From assembly GCA_009602735.1 (NCBI GenBank), contig WELA01000232.1, positions 1 to 64,000 on the forward strand: a DNA stretch of 64,000 nucleotides. The letters are read 5' to 3'. Every line of letters begins with the position of its first letter. The stretch's first letter is position 1. The DNA is from Mesotaenium endlicherianum (lineage: Eukaryota). Below are positions 9,483 to 19,129 of this stretch, one piece after another. The position numbers and the translations under genes are program-made. The notes beneath the pieces are model-generated. The model saw nothing but the letters and a program-made list of their open reading frames with translations. It made no database searches and had not been told where the DNA came from.

Positions 9483-11906
9483 CTAGAGTCTGATACGGTT
9501 TTGCTCGGCTTCGGAACCAGTGAGTTTTGCGTTCACAGACTTCATTTTTTTATTGCCAAAAGAATAGGTATAACTGAGCTTTACTACCCGCGGTTCCTCA
9601 CGATACCAGAATGTAGCATCAAGATTGAGCTGAGGATGATAGTTGATTTCTTCCAACCTGCTTCCCCAAAACAAATCGGTAATATTTAAGGATAGCGTAC
9701 CTTTATCATTCTTGAGTTTTTTCCTAAGTCCCACTGAAATTCCGCTCATAGATTTATTCAGTACCCAGCCTCCGTAAGAGGGGCCGAAATAAAAACCTGT
9801 GACCTCACCTGCATATCCTTTACCCAAATTAAGAGTTTCCATAATAAACAAGGATAGCCTGGTCTTATTCAATCTCAAAGCGGTATCCTGAAAGTTAACA
9901 CCGACATGTTGATAGGTGACAGATAGATTGTTGATGGATTGCCACCAGCTGAAAATGGCAACAGGTAGATTTACTGAAAGAATCGCAGTCGATTGTTCGT
10001 CAATATTTGCTGGATAGGTATAAAATGTGTTGGTGCCGTTTATTAGTTTACCTTGGTAAGGAGCAATGAAATTCTTATCATAACTGTATTGGAGAGAAAG
10101 ACTGTATTGCCTGTAAAAATAATCCAAACGCACAATATCAGTTATCGCCGGTTTCAGATACGGGTTACCTGTAAAATAGGTGTAAGGATCAAGAAAAGCC
10201 ACATAAGGTGCGATCTCGTTATAGGAAGGCCGGGTTATCCGTCTGTTATAAGAAAAATTGTAGGATGAAGTGCCAGGTTTGTATGAAATGGAAAAATTAG
10301 GGAACAGCCCCCATACTTTGGATGAAAACAATTCCTGGTCCTTATCATCAGTTAAAAACATGTTGGTCTGTTCCAGCCTCAGCCCTGCCTGCACATTCAC
10401 TTTTACCCCTATTTGTCTGCGCACGTTACCGTAAAATGCGACTGGGTTGTCCGTCAGGCGATAAAATGCCGGAAGCATGTTACTGGGAAACCACTGTGCA
10501 TTACGCATGGTTTTTATAGAAAGATCATTGTCAAGATGCGAGAATGTAAACTTTATGCCGCCTTCCGCAGTCATTTTTTGATTGAATGTTCTAGAATAAT
10601 CCATTTTCGCAACATAGATCTTCAACAAAGTGGACTTACGGATATTCACTAGCTCATACGCGATACTATCAGGATTCCGGTAACTGTAATCATTGACATT
10701 GTTATGCTCGTTGTAGTTCTTATACGCCAAGTAATCGAGATCAACATTCACCGTTCCGCCGTTTACAAATTGCTTCTGCCAGCCTACGCTTGCCATCACA
10801 TGTTTCCAATTATTTTTTTCTTTGTCTTTTGTGGCTATGTCTGACTTACTGCCTCCATCCATTGAAAGTTTTGACGAATTGTCCGCATCCATATTCCAGG
10901 TATTGTCAAATGCAGACGCCAGTGCACTTATACTGCTGTACTTCCCTGTTTTATATTCAAACCCAATCTTACTTGCCTGAACCATCGTTTTAATATGCCG
11001 ATCATTATAAATTTCATTTCGTATTAACCTATTGTTCACGTTCGCAGAACGGTTTAAGCGGAAATCTTGCCAAAGCCAATTGTAGCTTACGGAATAGTCA
11101 GCAAGCGCAGTGAAGTTACCGCTGCGGTAACTTATGCTAAAACTGGCTGCCGACTTTGGATTGTATCCATAGCCGCCTGTCAATGAAATACTGCCCTGAG
11201 TCCCAAAATTTTCATTTTTCCTGGTGATGATATTGATTACGCCAGCCGCTCCTTGTGCATCATATTTTGCAGAGGGGTTGGTAATTACCTCTATCTTCTG
11301 GATAGTTGAGGATGCCATACTTTCCAATAGCTGCATCAACGCATCATCCGAAACGGATGAGACCTTGCCATTGATAAGAATGAGTACCCCCTGTCGCCCT
11401 TGGACTGAAATTTTCCCTGTTTGTCTGTTCAAACTTACTCCCGGTGAATGCTCCAACACCTCAAGTGCGTTACCCCCCACACCTGAAATCATATTTTCGA
11501 CATTAACCACTACACGATCATGATATTGTTCAAAAGGAAGCCTTCTTGCGAGAACCGTATAGTCTGCCAGGCGGGTGGTTTCCCCTTCCATCACGACCAC
11601 CCCCTGACTGACACTTGTATCTGAGCTTTTAATTAACATAGGGCCACAATATCTTTTCTTATAGCCAACCATGGAACAGAGTAATAAATAGTTGCCGGGT
11701 GAAATTTTTTCAATTACGAAATGCCCCGAATCAGACGTAATACTTCCTTTAACAAGCGAGGAATCGGCCGAATTCAGCAAAAGCATATTCGCGGCAGTTA
11801 GTGGCTGCCCTACAGTATTTACCAAACGCCCTACAATACTTGTTTGTTGTGCCGACATATAAAAGTAAGCCATCAGCAGGCATAGAAGAAAAGCTGTTCG
11901 CTTCAT
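9483..11906 (-). CDS. TonB-dependent receptor / outer membrane beta-barrel protein
   Basis: Signal peptide; CarboxypepD-like N-terminus; plug motif IEVITNPSAKYDAQGAAGVINIIT; barrel ending SYTYSFGN...EQNRIRL. Confidence 0.9.
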   Translation of the reverse strand: MKRTAFLLCLLMAYFYMSAQQTSIVGRLVNTVGQPLTAANMLLLNSADSSLVKGSITSDSGHFVIEKISPGNYLLLCSMVGYKKRYCGPMLIKSSDTSVSQGVVVMEGETTRLADYTVLARRLPFEQYHDRVVVNVENMISGVGGNALEVLEHSPGVSLNRQTGKISVQGRQGVLILINGKVSSVSDDALMQLLESMASSTIQKIEVITNPSAKYDAQGAAGVINIITRKNENFGTQGSISLTGGYGYNPKSAASFSISYRSGNFTALADYSVSYNWLWQDFRLNRSANVNNRLIRNEIYNDRHIKTMVQASKIGFEYKTGKYSSISALASAFDNTWNMDADNSSKLSMDGGSKSDIATKDKEKNNWKHVMASVGWQKQFVNGGTVNVDLDYLAYKNYNEHNNVNDYSYRNPDSIAYELVNIRKSTLLKIYVAKMDYSRTFNQKMTAEGGIKFTFSHLDNDLSIKTMRNAQWFPSNMLPAFYRLTDNPVAFYGNVRRQIGVKVNVQAGLRLEQTNMFLTDDKDQELFSSKVWGLFPNFSISYKPGTSSYNFSYNRRITRPSYNEIAPYVAFLDPYTYFTGNPYLKPAITDIVRLDYFYRQYSLSLQYSYDKNFIAPYQGKLINGTNTFYTYPANIDEQSTAILSVNLPVAIFSWWQSINNLSVTYQHVGVNFQDTALRLNKTRLSLFIMETLNLGKGYAGEVTGFYFGPSYGGWVLNKSMSGISVGLRKKLKNDKGTLSLNITDLFWGSRLEEINYHPQLNLDATFWYREEPRVVKLSYTYSFGNKKMKSVNAKLTGSEAEQNRIRL

Positions 11907-11944
11907 AACAGGTAATTAAATATTGATAAATGCATGTTATCTCA

Positions 11945-12622
11945 TTATCTAAAATTGTACAGGCCTACCTGTTTTTTTCTCATCCGGAAGCGGATGAAGT
12001 CCTGCTCAGCAGTAAAGTGGAGATATATATTTCTTTTTATTACTTCGCCAAAGCTGGCTCCTGGTAGTGTTCCATAAGAGTGGCCTGGAAATATCCTGGC
12101 ATCTGAATTCAATGATTCCTTGATGCGTTTGAGGGAAGCAAACATTTCTTCTGCTGATCCACTATCATTCACATAACAGGTACCGCAGCCTTCAATGAAT
12201 AGAGTATCCCCTGTAAAAAGCGAATTGTTTGCGAAATAACAGATGCTTCCTTTGGTATGGCCGGGCGTCCACCAGGGATCAATCTTCAAATTCCTGCCGA
12301 GGCAGATGGTTTCCTCGGTACGTATAGCTTCGAGAACAGGGCCAGTAAAAGAACAAAGTTCTATTTCATGAACATGAATGAATACCGGAACTTTATATAA
12401 ACTTTGGATAACAGCGGCCAGGTTCGAATGATCCTCATGACTATGAGTAAGCAATACACCTTTCAGGATTAACCTTTCTTTTTTTATTTTTTGAATGATA
12501 GTGGATAGTTCCCAGGCAGGATCAATTATAACGGCTTCCGCAGTTTCTTTATCAATAATGAAATAGCTAAAATTTTTCCAGGTACCATGACATACTTTGA
12601 GAGGAATAATGGGATCGTCCAC
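11945..12622 (-). CDS. metallo-beta-lactamase-fold hydrolase (PksB/BaeB-like)
   Basis: THSHEDH, TPGHT, FTGDTLF and PGH motifs; adjacent to the trans-AT gene. Confidence 0.85.
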   Translation of the reverse strand: MDDPIIPLKVCHGTWKNFSYFIIDKETAEAVIIDPAWELSTIIQKIKKERLILKGVLLTHSHEDHSNLAAVIQSLYKVPVFIHVHEIELCSFTGPVLEAIRTEETICLGRNLKIDPWWTPGHTKGSICYFANNSLFTGDTLFIEGCGTCYVNDSGSAEEMFASLKRIKESLNSDARIFPGHSYGTLPGASFGEVIKRNIYLHFTAEQDFIRFRMRKKQVGLYNFR

Positions 12623-12627
12623 CTTAT

Positions 12628-13482
12628 TTAGTTATTAAGTTTTGCCTTTACGATCTGCTCCGTCAGTTTAGTCAGCACGTTGCCCGGCCCTATTTCTTCA
12701 AACAGCAATGCACCACTATTCATCAGATATTCCATAGAGTCCAACCATCTTACTGGGGAGGTGATCTGCTTGCATAGGTTGTTATATAAACTCGTTTCGG
12801 TATAATTCATTGCTGTATAGTTTGACATTACGGTTATTTTAGGTACCGAAAATTTGAATTGGCCAATAAAGGAAGTGAATTCGTCGCCTGCTTCCGCCAT
12901 AAGCGGAGAATGGAAGGCGCCACTTACATTCAGCGGGATGTAAGTAATCTTTTCTGCATTAAAAACTTTTTCTGCTTCCGTAACCGATTCTTCGGGCCCT
13001 GAGATAACATGCTGATATGGCGCGTTCAGGTTGGCAATGGTTATCGTCTCAAATGATCCATTTCTAAGGAACTCTCTGACCTTGTCTATTGGTGCTCCAA
13101 TGATAGCAGCCATTTTCCCTTTCCGCGCCTTACTCATTAGTTCAGCTCTCTTTTTTACCATTAACAATCCAGTTTCAAAATCAAATACGCCGGCAGCCTG
13201 TAATGCATTGAACTCACCAAGGCTGTGCCCCATCAGGCAGTCCGGTTCTATACCTGTAACACAAATCTTTTCATGATAATGAAGTGCGTTCACTGTATAG
13301 AGCACTGGTTGTGTAATAGCAGTATTCGATAGTTGCCGATCCTTGTCTTCCAGGCAGAGTTGCTTTACTGAATAGCCAAGAATTTCGTCTGCCTTTTCAA
13401 CTAGGGAAGTGTGCCGGGAGAACAGATGGGCTCCCATACCCTTCTTTTGAGAGCCTTGGCCTGGGAATGCATATACAATCAT
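12628..13482 (-). CDS. discrete malonyl-CoA:ACP acyltransferase (trans-AT)
   Basis: FPGQGSQ, GHSLGE, R, VSGAFHS malonyl-type motifs; the PKS modules lack cis-AT domains. Confidence 0.93.
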   Translation of the reverse strand: MIVYAFPGQGSQKKGMGAHLFSRHTSLVEKADEILGYSVKQLCLEDKDRQLSNTAITQPVLYTVNALHYHEKICVTGIEPDCLMGHSLGEFNALQAAGVFDFETGLLMVKKRAELMSKARKGKMAAIIGAPIDKVREFLRNGSFETITIANLNAPYQHVISGPEESVTEAEKVFNAEKITYIPLNVSGAFHSPLMAEAGDEFTSFIGQFKFSVPKITVMSNYTAMNYTETSLYNNLCKQITSPVRWLDSMEYLMNSGALLFEEIGPGNVLTKLTEQIVKAKLNN

Positions 13483-14639
13483 ACTTCTGCGACTTGATAT
13501 GTTTTTCTATAACTTTCTTCTGAATTGCCTGGGAAGTTTCTGGTAAGATTGTAATCGGTCACACCTAAGAATACGAGTTCTTCATTTGGTGAGATATTAG
13601 TTGTCTGATGCTTTGACCAACGAGGAACAAGTAGGGAGTTTCCCGTTTGTACGGGAAACGATTTGCCATCAATATAAACAATGCCCTGACCCCGCAGAAT
13701 GTAGATGAAAGTTTCGTGCGCATGCTCATGCCTTTCGTTGCTTTTACCGCAGGGTATGTGTACTATCCTAGGATCAAGCACTTGACTAGGGAGCATAATT
13801 CGTTCCACGTTGAACTCAATATTGTTTTCCACTTCAGTGTTCCGATATAGCGGGGTGAGATGCTCGTCATAGAGTAGATTGCCATCCTTGCCTGCTAACG
13901 ATTGTCTGTCTAATATGCCATGAACGATAGGATTGATTTTTTTCAGATAAAGTTCTTTGCAAATATTGTTGAAGAAGTCTTTCCGCAATGTAAGAGCCGT
14001 GTCAACTGCCTTTCTTGCCGTCTCGAACCAGTTAGGCTGGTGTTGATACGAGCACAGCATATTTTCCAGTGTAAGCGCATGTTCATCGTCACATTCGACG
14101 TGCAGATGAAAAAACAGTAGTTTATCATCGGGTAAGCCTGCCTTCACCATTCCTTCAATGAGTATTTTATACATTTCTGCAACAATGCCTTCGGTGCCTA
14201 GCGATAGAAATGCAGACCCATAAATAATGTCTGGACTGCGGCTTTCATTTAGATAGCTATTCATGAACTGCTGTGTAAAGCTTTCATACCGAATGGCACT
14301 AAGATCTAATTCCAACACTTTTGTGAGAAATTCCCTAAATATCTCGGCATGCCGCTTCTCTGGCTCTTTCTCACCAGCTTCTTCCCAGAGATTTTCCGAT
14401 AAATGAGCCCGCTGCAGATCATTCTCGCAGTTGGTCATTACAGCGGTTATATATCGCGTGAAGTTTTTACAATATAGGTAATATTGCGAGAAAATATATC
14501 TAAAATCGTCCTTATTAAGGGTGCCTTCTTTACAAGCTTTAAAAAGGTCGTTATCCCAAAAAGTATGGGACTGCTGAAAATCGCGAAGCGCGTGATAGCC
14601 TGTTGTGATAGGCTGTCTGTCCAAGGTTTGTTTTTTCAT
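13479..14639 (-). CDS. heme-oxygenase-like diiron (CADD/PqqC-like) domain fused to C-terminal cupin
   Basis: ENLWEE..E...RHAEIF, TE, FFHLHVECDDEH diiron ligand pattern; cupin HEHAHE...VPRWSKHQ. Confidence 0.8.
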   Translation of the reverse strand: MKKQTLDRQPITTGYHALRDFQQSHTFWDNDLFKACKEGTLNKDDFRYIFSQYYLYCKNFTRYITAVMTNCENDLQRAHLSENLWEEAGEKEPEKRHAEIFREFLTKVLELDLSAIRYESFTQQFMNSYLNESRSPDIIYGSAFLSLGTEGIVAEMYKILIEGMVKAGLPDDKLLFFHLHVECDDEHALTLENMLCSYQHQPNWFETARKAVDTALTLRKDFFNNICKELYLKKINPIVHGILDRQSLAGKDGNLLYDEHLTPLYRNTEVENNIEFNVERIMLPSQVLDPRIVHIPCGKSNERHEHAHETFIYILRGQGIVYIDGKSFPVQTGNSLLVPRWSKHQTTNISPNEELVFLGVTDYNLTRNFPGNSEESYRKTYQVAEV

Positions 14640-14654
14640 GATTTTTTATTTACA

Positions 14655-16596
14655 GTAGGGTCGAAGACTGGCGCACCGGCATCTCTGCCGTGTTTCCAAT
14701 CTCCGCCACATCGAACGTAGCGTGCCGATTTCCAGCACTACGCTCTCCTAACAACTTCGCACCAGGGCCTATCCGCCTAACGTGCCGGGGGTACTTTCCA
14801 TGAGGTTACCTTGAAGTCACTATATATGTTATAGTTAGCAAATAAACCTCTTGTACTCCATATCTTCCAACCGTAACCCTTCTTCTTTTTGGCTCTCATT
14901 AAGTGTCGTCGTATTTTTAGTTCCAGCCACCTCTTCACGTCGGCAAAGGTTCGTCCTGAGTTTCCTACCCTGAAGTAGTTCACCCATCCCTTTAGTATAG
15001 GGTTAATGACGTCCCTTACTTTTGTGAGTGGTTGTGATACGTAGCATCTGAAGACTTCCTTTATCTTCTCCATCAGTTTCTTTTTGGCTTCCTTCTTGGG
15101 TTGATACAGTACTCCCCACTTTCCCGTTCGGGTTTTAATTTTCCTGTATTCAAAACCCAGAAAGCCAAATGTTTCTCCTTTGTCCAGATTCAGGTATTTT
15201 GTCTTCTCTTCGTTGATCTCTACCTGTAGTTTCCCTAGTTCTTCCCGTAGTCGCCTGTTGACCTTTTCCCCTAACCTGTCGTTTTGGGGATGCCTGTTCA
15301 CCAGTATGACTACATCATCTGCCCACCGGGCGTATTCCAGATGATTGTATCTCCCTTTGCTCCTGGTCACTTCTTTTGCCCTTTCCAGCATCTTATCTAC
15401 CTCATTCAAGTAGATGTTGCTCATCAACGGGGATAGTACTGATCCTTGTGGAATCCCCATTTTGCCGCTTACTTTCAACATCTGTTTCAGCAGGTGCATT
15501 ACCCGATCGTCGTTGATCCGTTTGGCTACCTTCTCCAGCAGAATGCTGTGCTTTACCGTGTCAAAATAGGCCCGCAGGTCTAGATCTATTACCTTGGTCT
15601 TTTGGTCCACTACCGCCTGGGCTACCCGTTTGATGGCTTGATGGGCCGTCCGTTTGGGGCGATAGCCATAGGAACCTTCCTGGAAGTCTGCTTCGAAAAC
15701 TGGTTCTATGATCAACTTTAATGCTGCCTGTACTACCCTGTCCCTGATCGAACTGATACCTAATGTCCGCGTCTTGCCGTTTCCCTTCGGTATCTCCTTG
15801 ATCCGGTTTCTCATCGGTTGGTACGTGCCGCCCTTTAATGATGCTTGTATATCCTGTAGGAATCCTTCTCTTCCTCTTTGCTCGATCTGGGCAAAGGTTT
15901 CGCCATCTATTCCTGGCGCTCCTCCATTTGCCTTGACCAGTTTGTAAGCTTCGCAGAGGGTTTTCATCTTCCACACATGAACATACATTCCCCAAAAACG
16001 ATGGGTTGGTTCGGCCTTCGCCTTGATGTAGATCTTCCTTCTTAGTTCCTGCAATCTAATAGACGTTTTTGTCATTGTCGTCTTTGCCTCCCTTTTGTTA
16101 GAAGATTGTTGTTAGCAAGGGTACTTTGCTCTTTCGCCTTTCAGCGATTTCTTCGCTACTATTACCCTCTCCGACTCCCTCTCACCTTTCCTCTCCTTTC
16201 CCGTTTATTCGGTTATAGAGTTTACCTTGTTCCGGGATTTCTCCCGGGGTGAGGAGGGTCTCTCCAGTTGTGCGATATGTCCTTGTTTCCATGCTGTCGC
16301 TATCACCCCGCCAATGTGTCGTTTCCCGTTTCAGTCATTTTTTTTTTTTTTTCGGAGAGACATGCTGCCTTCGCTTGAACCATAAAAGCTCGGCCATTGG
16401 TGTCAACTACTAACGAGGCTACTTCTGCGTTCACTTCCATTACGGCCTGGAAACTCACTCACCATGCCCTGCATGGCTTTATCCGTAGGCTTCAAGAGCT
16501 TCATTTCTTCCACCCTTGCTACTTTGTTACGGGGATCTGACTTTTACCCCGGTGGGCCTGTATCCCACTGAACACATCCACCTTATCTGGACGCAC
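14655..16596 (-). mobile_element. group II intron (full length)
   Basis: 5' GUGCG at 16596; domain V (GAGAGCGUAGUGC...GCACGCUACGUUC) and domain VI ending CCCUAC at 14655; encodes RT/maturase. Confidence 0.92.
14777..16075 (-). CDS. ltrA: group II intron reverse transcriptase/maturase (no endonuclease domain)
   Basis: GAPGIDG, RTLGISSIRDRVVQ, SYGYRP, DLRAYFD, GIPQGSVLSPL, RWADD, FLGF, GWVNYF (domain X). Confidence 0.95.
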   Translation of the reverse strand: MTKTSIRLQELRRKIYIKAKAEPTHRFWGMYVHVWKMKTLCEAYKLVKANGGAPGIDGETFAQIEQRGREGFLQDIQASLKGGTYQPMRNRIKEIPKGNGKTRTLGISSIRDRVVQAALKLIIEPVFEADFQEGSYGYRPKRTAHQAIKRVAQAVVDQKTKVIDLDLRAYFDTVKHSILLEKVAKRINDDRVMHLLKQMLKVSGKMGIPQGSVLSPLMSNIYLNEVDKMLERAKEVTRSKGRYNHLEYARWADDVVILVNRHPQNDRLGEKVNRRLREELGKLQVEINEEKTKYLNLDKGETFGFLGFEYRKIKTRTGKWGVLYQPKKEAKKKLMEKIKEVFRCYVSQPLTKVRDVINPILKGWVNYFRVGNSGRTFADVKRWLELKIRRHLMRAKKKKGYGWKIWSTRGLFANYNIYSDFKVTSWKVPPAR

Positions 16597-16612
16597 ATAG
16601 TTCGGTAATTTT

Positions 16613-17821
16613 TTAAGCGGCGATACTTCCAATATCAAGGCATTGGTTGTAAAGCCGGGCTATTTTTCTACAACTCAGGTCTAATCCTAAGTTGGTAAAA
16701 ATGGTTTCCGTCAAATATTTGTTGTAGAAGTACAATTTGATGTTACGCATCGAGAACGGCACTTCTTTTTTATTTGCAAGGGTGGCCCACAAAGTCAATT
16801 TGGCCGTGCTTACACTTCCCAGGGCCATATTAAAATGATAATGCAGCTTCTTTTCATCCCTTGCCTGGCAATCTTCCAATCCTCCATGTTGTTTAGCATC
16901 TCGGATCAAAAACTCAATCTGGAACCGAAGCCGGTAATACCGAACCAGCTTTTCCCCGCTTAGTTCCTTATCGGTCGATAGTAATACCTCATAACCGCTA
17001 CCTGCAACTTTTTCCAGGTAGACCACTTTTACCTGTTGCTTCAGTGTTACACAATACAAGATCCGTTCATAACCCGTTATCTCCTCTGTTTGGTAGCATT
17101 TCCTCCATTTGCGTTTGTCTATCTGCTCCAGATTTATCTTATCTCCATACAGCCTGGGCCTGCCACGACCCTTTGAGCTTACCCCTCTATATACTTCCCG
17201 CAGATTCCCGTCACTGCGCATCTTGGTAATCACCTCAAAACCTTCTTTTCGCATTGGCCCTATAAAAGTCGACTTCATGAAATACCCGTCCACCGCCATA
17301 TACCGGCTGATCGATAAGAGTTTATCTGCCTGCTCCTTTAGCATCGATACATACTGCTCTATCCGGCTCTTTGTTTTATTAGGACTCGTTTGTTTAGCCA
17401 GCAAATGATACGCCGTACCATCCGCTACATCTATACTACCCAAACAGCCTATCTCCAATCCTTTTTCTGACCGCTGTGCCTTACCATTCCAATACCTCCC
17501 CAATCCATAGGTATGCTTCCCGCTTTTACAGATAAAGGATGGATCAAATACCAGTACCCTCTCCCTCGACTCTTTGCCTGACAACATCGATATGAATAAA
17601 CTCATAAAATCAAACCCTTTCAAAAACTGCAACCGGAACGTTTGCTCACTTAATGAACTGAATCTACCCATGTTTAAAAAGTTAATCCGACCCGGGACTG
17701 TCCACATTACCTCAAATAAAGTGGATAAAAATCGCTCCTGTGGCTTCTTGATGCCACTTACTTGTTGCAACTTAGCTCCTATGAAGCCTAGTGCTTTTGA
17801 AAAGGGGTTTGCTATTTTCAC
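16613..17821 (-). CDS. DDE transposase (IS4/IS701-like)
   Basis: VFDPSF, AVDGYF, YRLRFQIEFLIRDAKQHGGLEDCQAR (YREK-like). Confidence 0.9.
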   Translation of the reverse strand: MKIANPFSKALGFIGAKLQQVSGIKKPQERFLSTLFEVMWTVPGRINFLNMGRFSSLSEQTFRLQFLKGFDFMSLFISMLSGKESRERVLVFDPSFICKSGKHTYGLGRYWNGKAQRSEKGLEIGCLGSIDVADGTAYHLLAKQTSPNKTKSRIEQYVSMLKEQADKLLSISRYMAVDGYFMKSTFIGPMRKEGFEVITKMRSDGNLREVYRGVSSKGRGRPRLYGDKINLEQIDKRKWRKCYQTEEITGYERILYCVTLKQQVKVVYLEKVAGSGYEVLLSTDKELSGEKLVRYYRLRFQIEFLIRDAKQHGGLEDCQARDEKKLHYHFNMALGSVSTAKLTLWATLANKKEVPFSMRNIKLYFYNKYLTETIFTNLGLDLSCRKIARLYNQCLDIGSIAA

Positions 17822-18008
17822 ACATAACTAATCCCTTTTCTTTTACCTTTTATTGTGTCTGACTTCGCCTCATCCCAAATTTTTACCGGACTATTGTATT
17901 TAAATATTTAATAATATTTGAAGACCTGCTATGCATTTAAACATATGCATGCAATAATTTGAATGTAATTAATATAAAATGATCCGTAGTAGACAGATCA
18001 ATGCTAGA

Positions 18009-18629
18009 TCAGGGAATAAACTTTTTTTTGTATTCCTTATAGGTTCTGGGGCCTTTATTGGTTCTAATCTTTTTCCAAGCTGTGGCAGCATCTTTAATTG
18101 ACTTACCTTTATTTTGCTTATCATCCAAGAAGTCGCGAGTAAACTGATTGTACTCCCATGTTTTCATAATCGGAGCCTTATAGTTTTTATCCTTTCTACG
18201 CTCAAATTCGGCTTGCCACTCTTCGGCAAGATTACTGTAAGTAAGGCCACGGTCGCGATTTGCCTTGATATATGCCTGTAAATGGGCCGTAAAATGAAAA
18301 TGCGAACCTATTATAGATTTGAAAAACTCGCGAGTTTCTTCATTACAGCGGTAGGTTTCATCAACAGGTGTACTAAGCGTAAGCGGCCCTGTTCTTTGGA
18401 AAGAAAAAGCTGGTTTATTGGATGGTTTTTTTTTCGGAACCGTGCCTGTTTTAAGGAACTGCTCTATGCGTACGCACAGTTCATGCTTCATTCCATGCGT
18501 AGGAATATCATGGCTGGCGCAAAACTTCATAAGTTCATTTTTATACCAGTAAAAATTCCTGAAATCCGAAACTGAGATACTTGATGTAAGTACCGGGCGG
18601 CGTGTTTTTACAGGCATGGGCTTAGTCAA
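18009..18629 (-). CDS. SAP-domain / DUF6434-like protein
   Basis: FRNFYWYKNELMKFC...GMKHELCVRIEQFL SAP-like motif; R.FFKSIIG.HFHF; EYNQFTRDF. Confidence 0.7.
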   Translation of the reverse strand: MTKPMPVKTRRPVLTSSISVSDFRNFYWYKNELMKFCASHDIPTHGMKHELCVRIEQFLKTGTVPKKKPSNKPAFSFQRTGPLTLSTPVDETYRCNEETREFFKSIIGSHFHFTAHLQAYIKANRDRGLTYSNLAEEWQAEFERRKDKNYKAPIMKTWEYNQFTRDFLDDKQNKGKSIKDAATAWKKIRTNKGPRTYKEYKKKFIP

Positions 18630-19069
18630 TTTTCAACCGCTACGTAAATTTTTACGGAATTGCCTTGTATGATCTCAAAGTCGCCCGTAAAGGTTCGTTT
18701 CAGGTCTTTATTCTTCCATATTTCCTGCCAGGCGTCTTTGATTTTATCAGGGCCATTCACATCGAAAACTGCATAGGTAGCCATTGGGATCATTTTCTCA
18801 GACATGCCTTCGGGAAGCCGGCTCCCGTCATCTACTCTTGTGCCCAGCATGAGAGTGTAATGGCCCGAGGCATCACTGTCGTAATCGTAATACGCTTCAT
18901 AAATCGGGCGGTCCTGAGTGTTACCAAGCAGCTGTTGCAATACTCCTTCTTTGAAAAATCGTTCCCATAACTGAGGTATTTGTTGAAGGCTTTCTTCAGT
19001 ATTATTCATTCTTACTGAAATGCCTCCCAGCCGGAACTGATTCATTTTTATTGTTTGGCTTTGTTGCAT
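18626..19069 (-). CDS. GyrI-like small-molecule-binding protein
   Basis: IPQLWERF, YYDYDSDASGHYTLMLG, YAVF, AWQEIW, RTFTGDFE. Confidence 0.85.
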   Translation of the reverse strand: MQQSQTIKMNQFRLGGISVRMNNTEESLQQIPQLWERFFKEGVLQQLLGNTQDRPIYEAYYDYDSDASGHYTLMLGTRVDDGSRLPEGMSEKMIPMATYAVFDVNGPDKIKDAWQEIWKNKDLKRTFTGDFEIIQGNSVKIYVAVEN

Positions 19070-19129
19070 GCGAGCAGTTTATAGACGACTATGTAAAATA
19101 CTATTTTTTAAAAAAATCAGTCAGTTTTT

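Larger units (their letters stand above)
14653..17896 (-). mobile_element. IS4/IS701-like insertion sequence carrying a nested group II intron; 6-bp target duplication TATTTA
   Basis: Right end revcomp CAATAGTCCGGTAA; left end CA(14653-4)+ATAGTTCGGTAA(16597-) once the intron is removed; TATTTA at 14647-14652 and 17897-17902. Confidence 0.85.

Noticed and set aside
14777..16075. Retron, DGR or defence-associated RT
   Set aside because: Flanked by canonical group II intron ends and domains V/VI, and has maturase domain X; no template/variable repeat pair seen
16338..16352. 15-nt homopolymer in intron domain I
   Set aside because: Probably a loop expansion or a homopolymer-length sequencing artefact; cannot be assessed without reads
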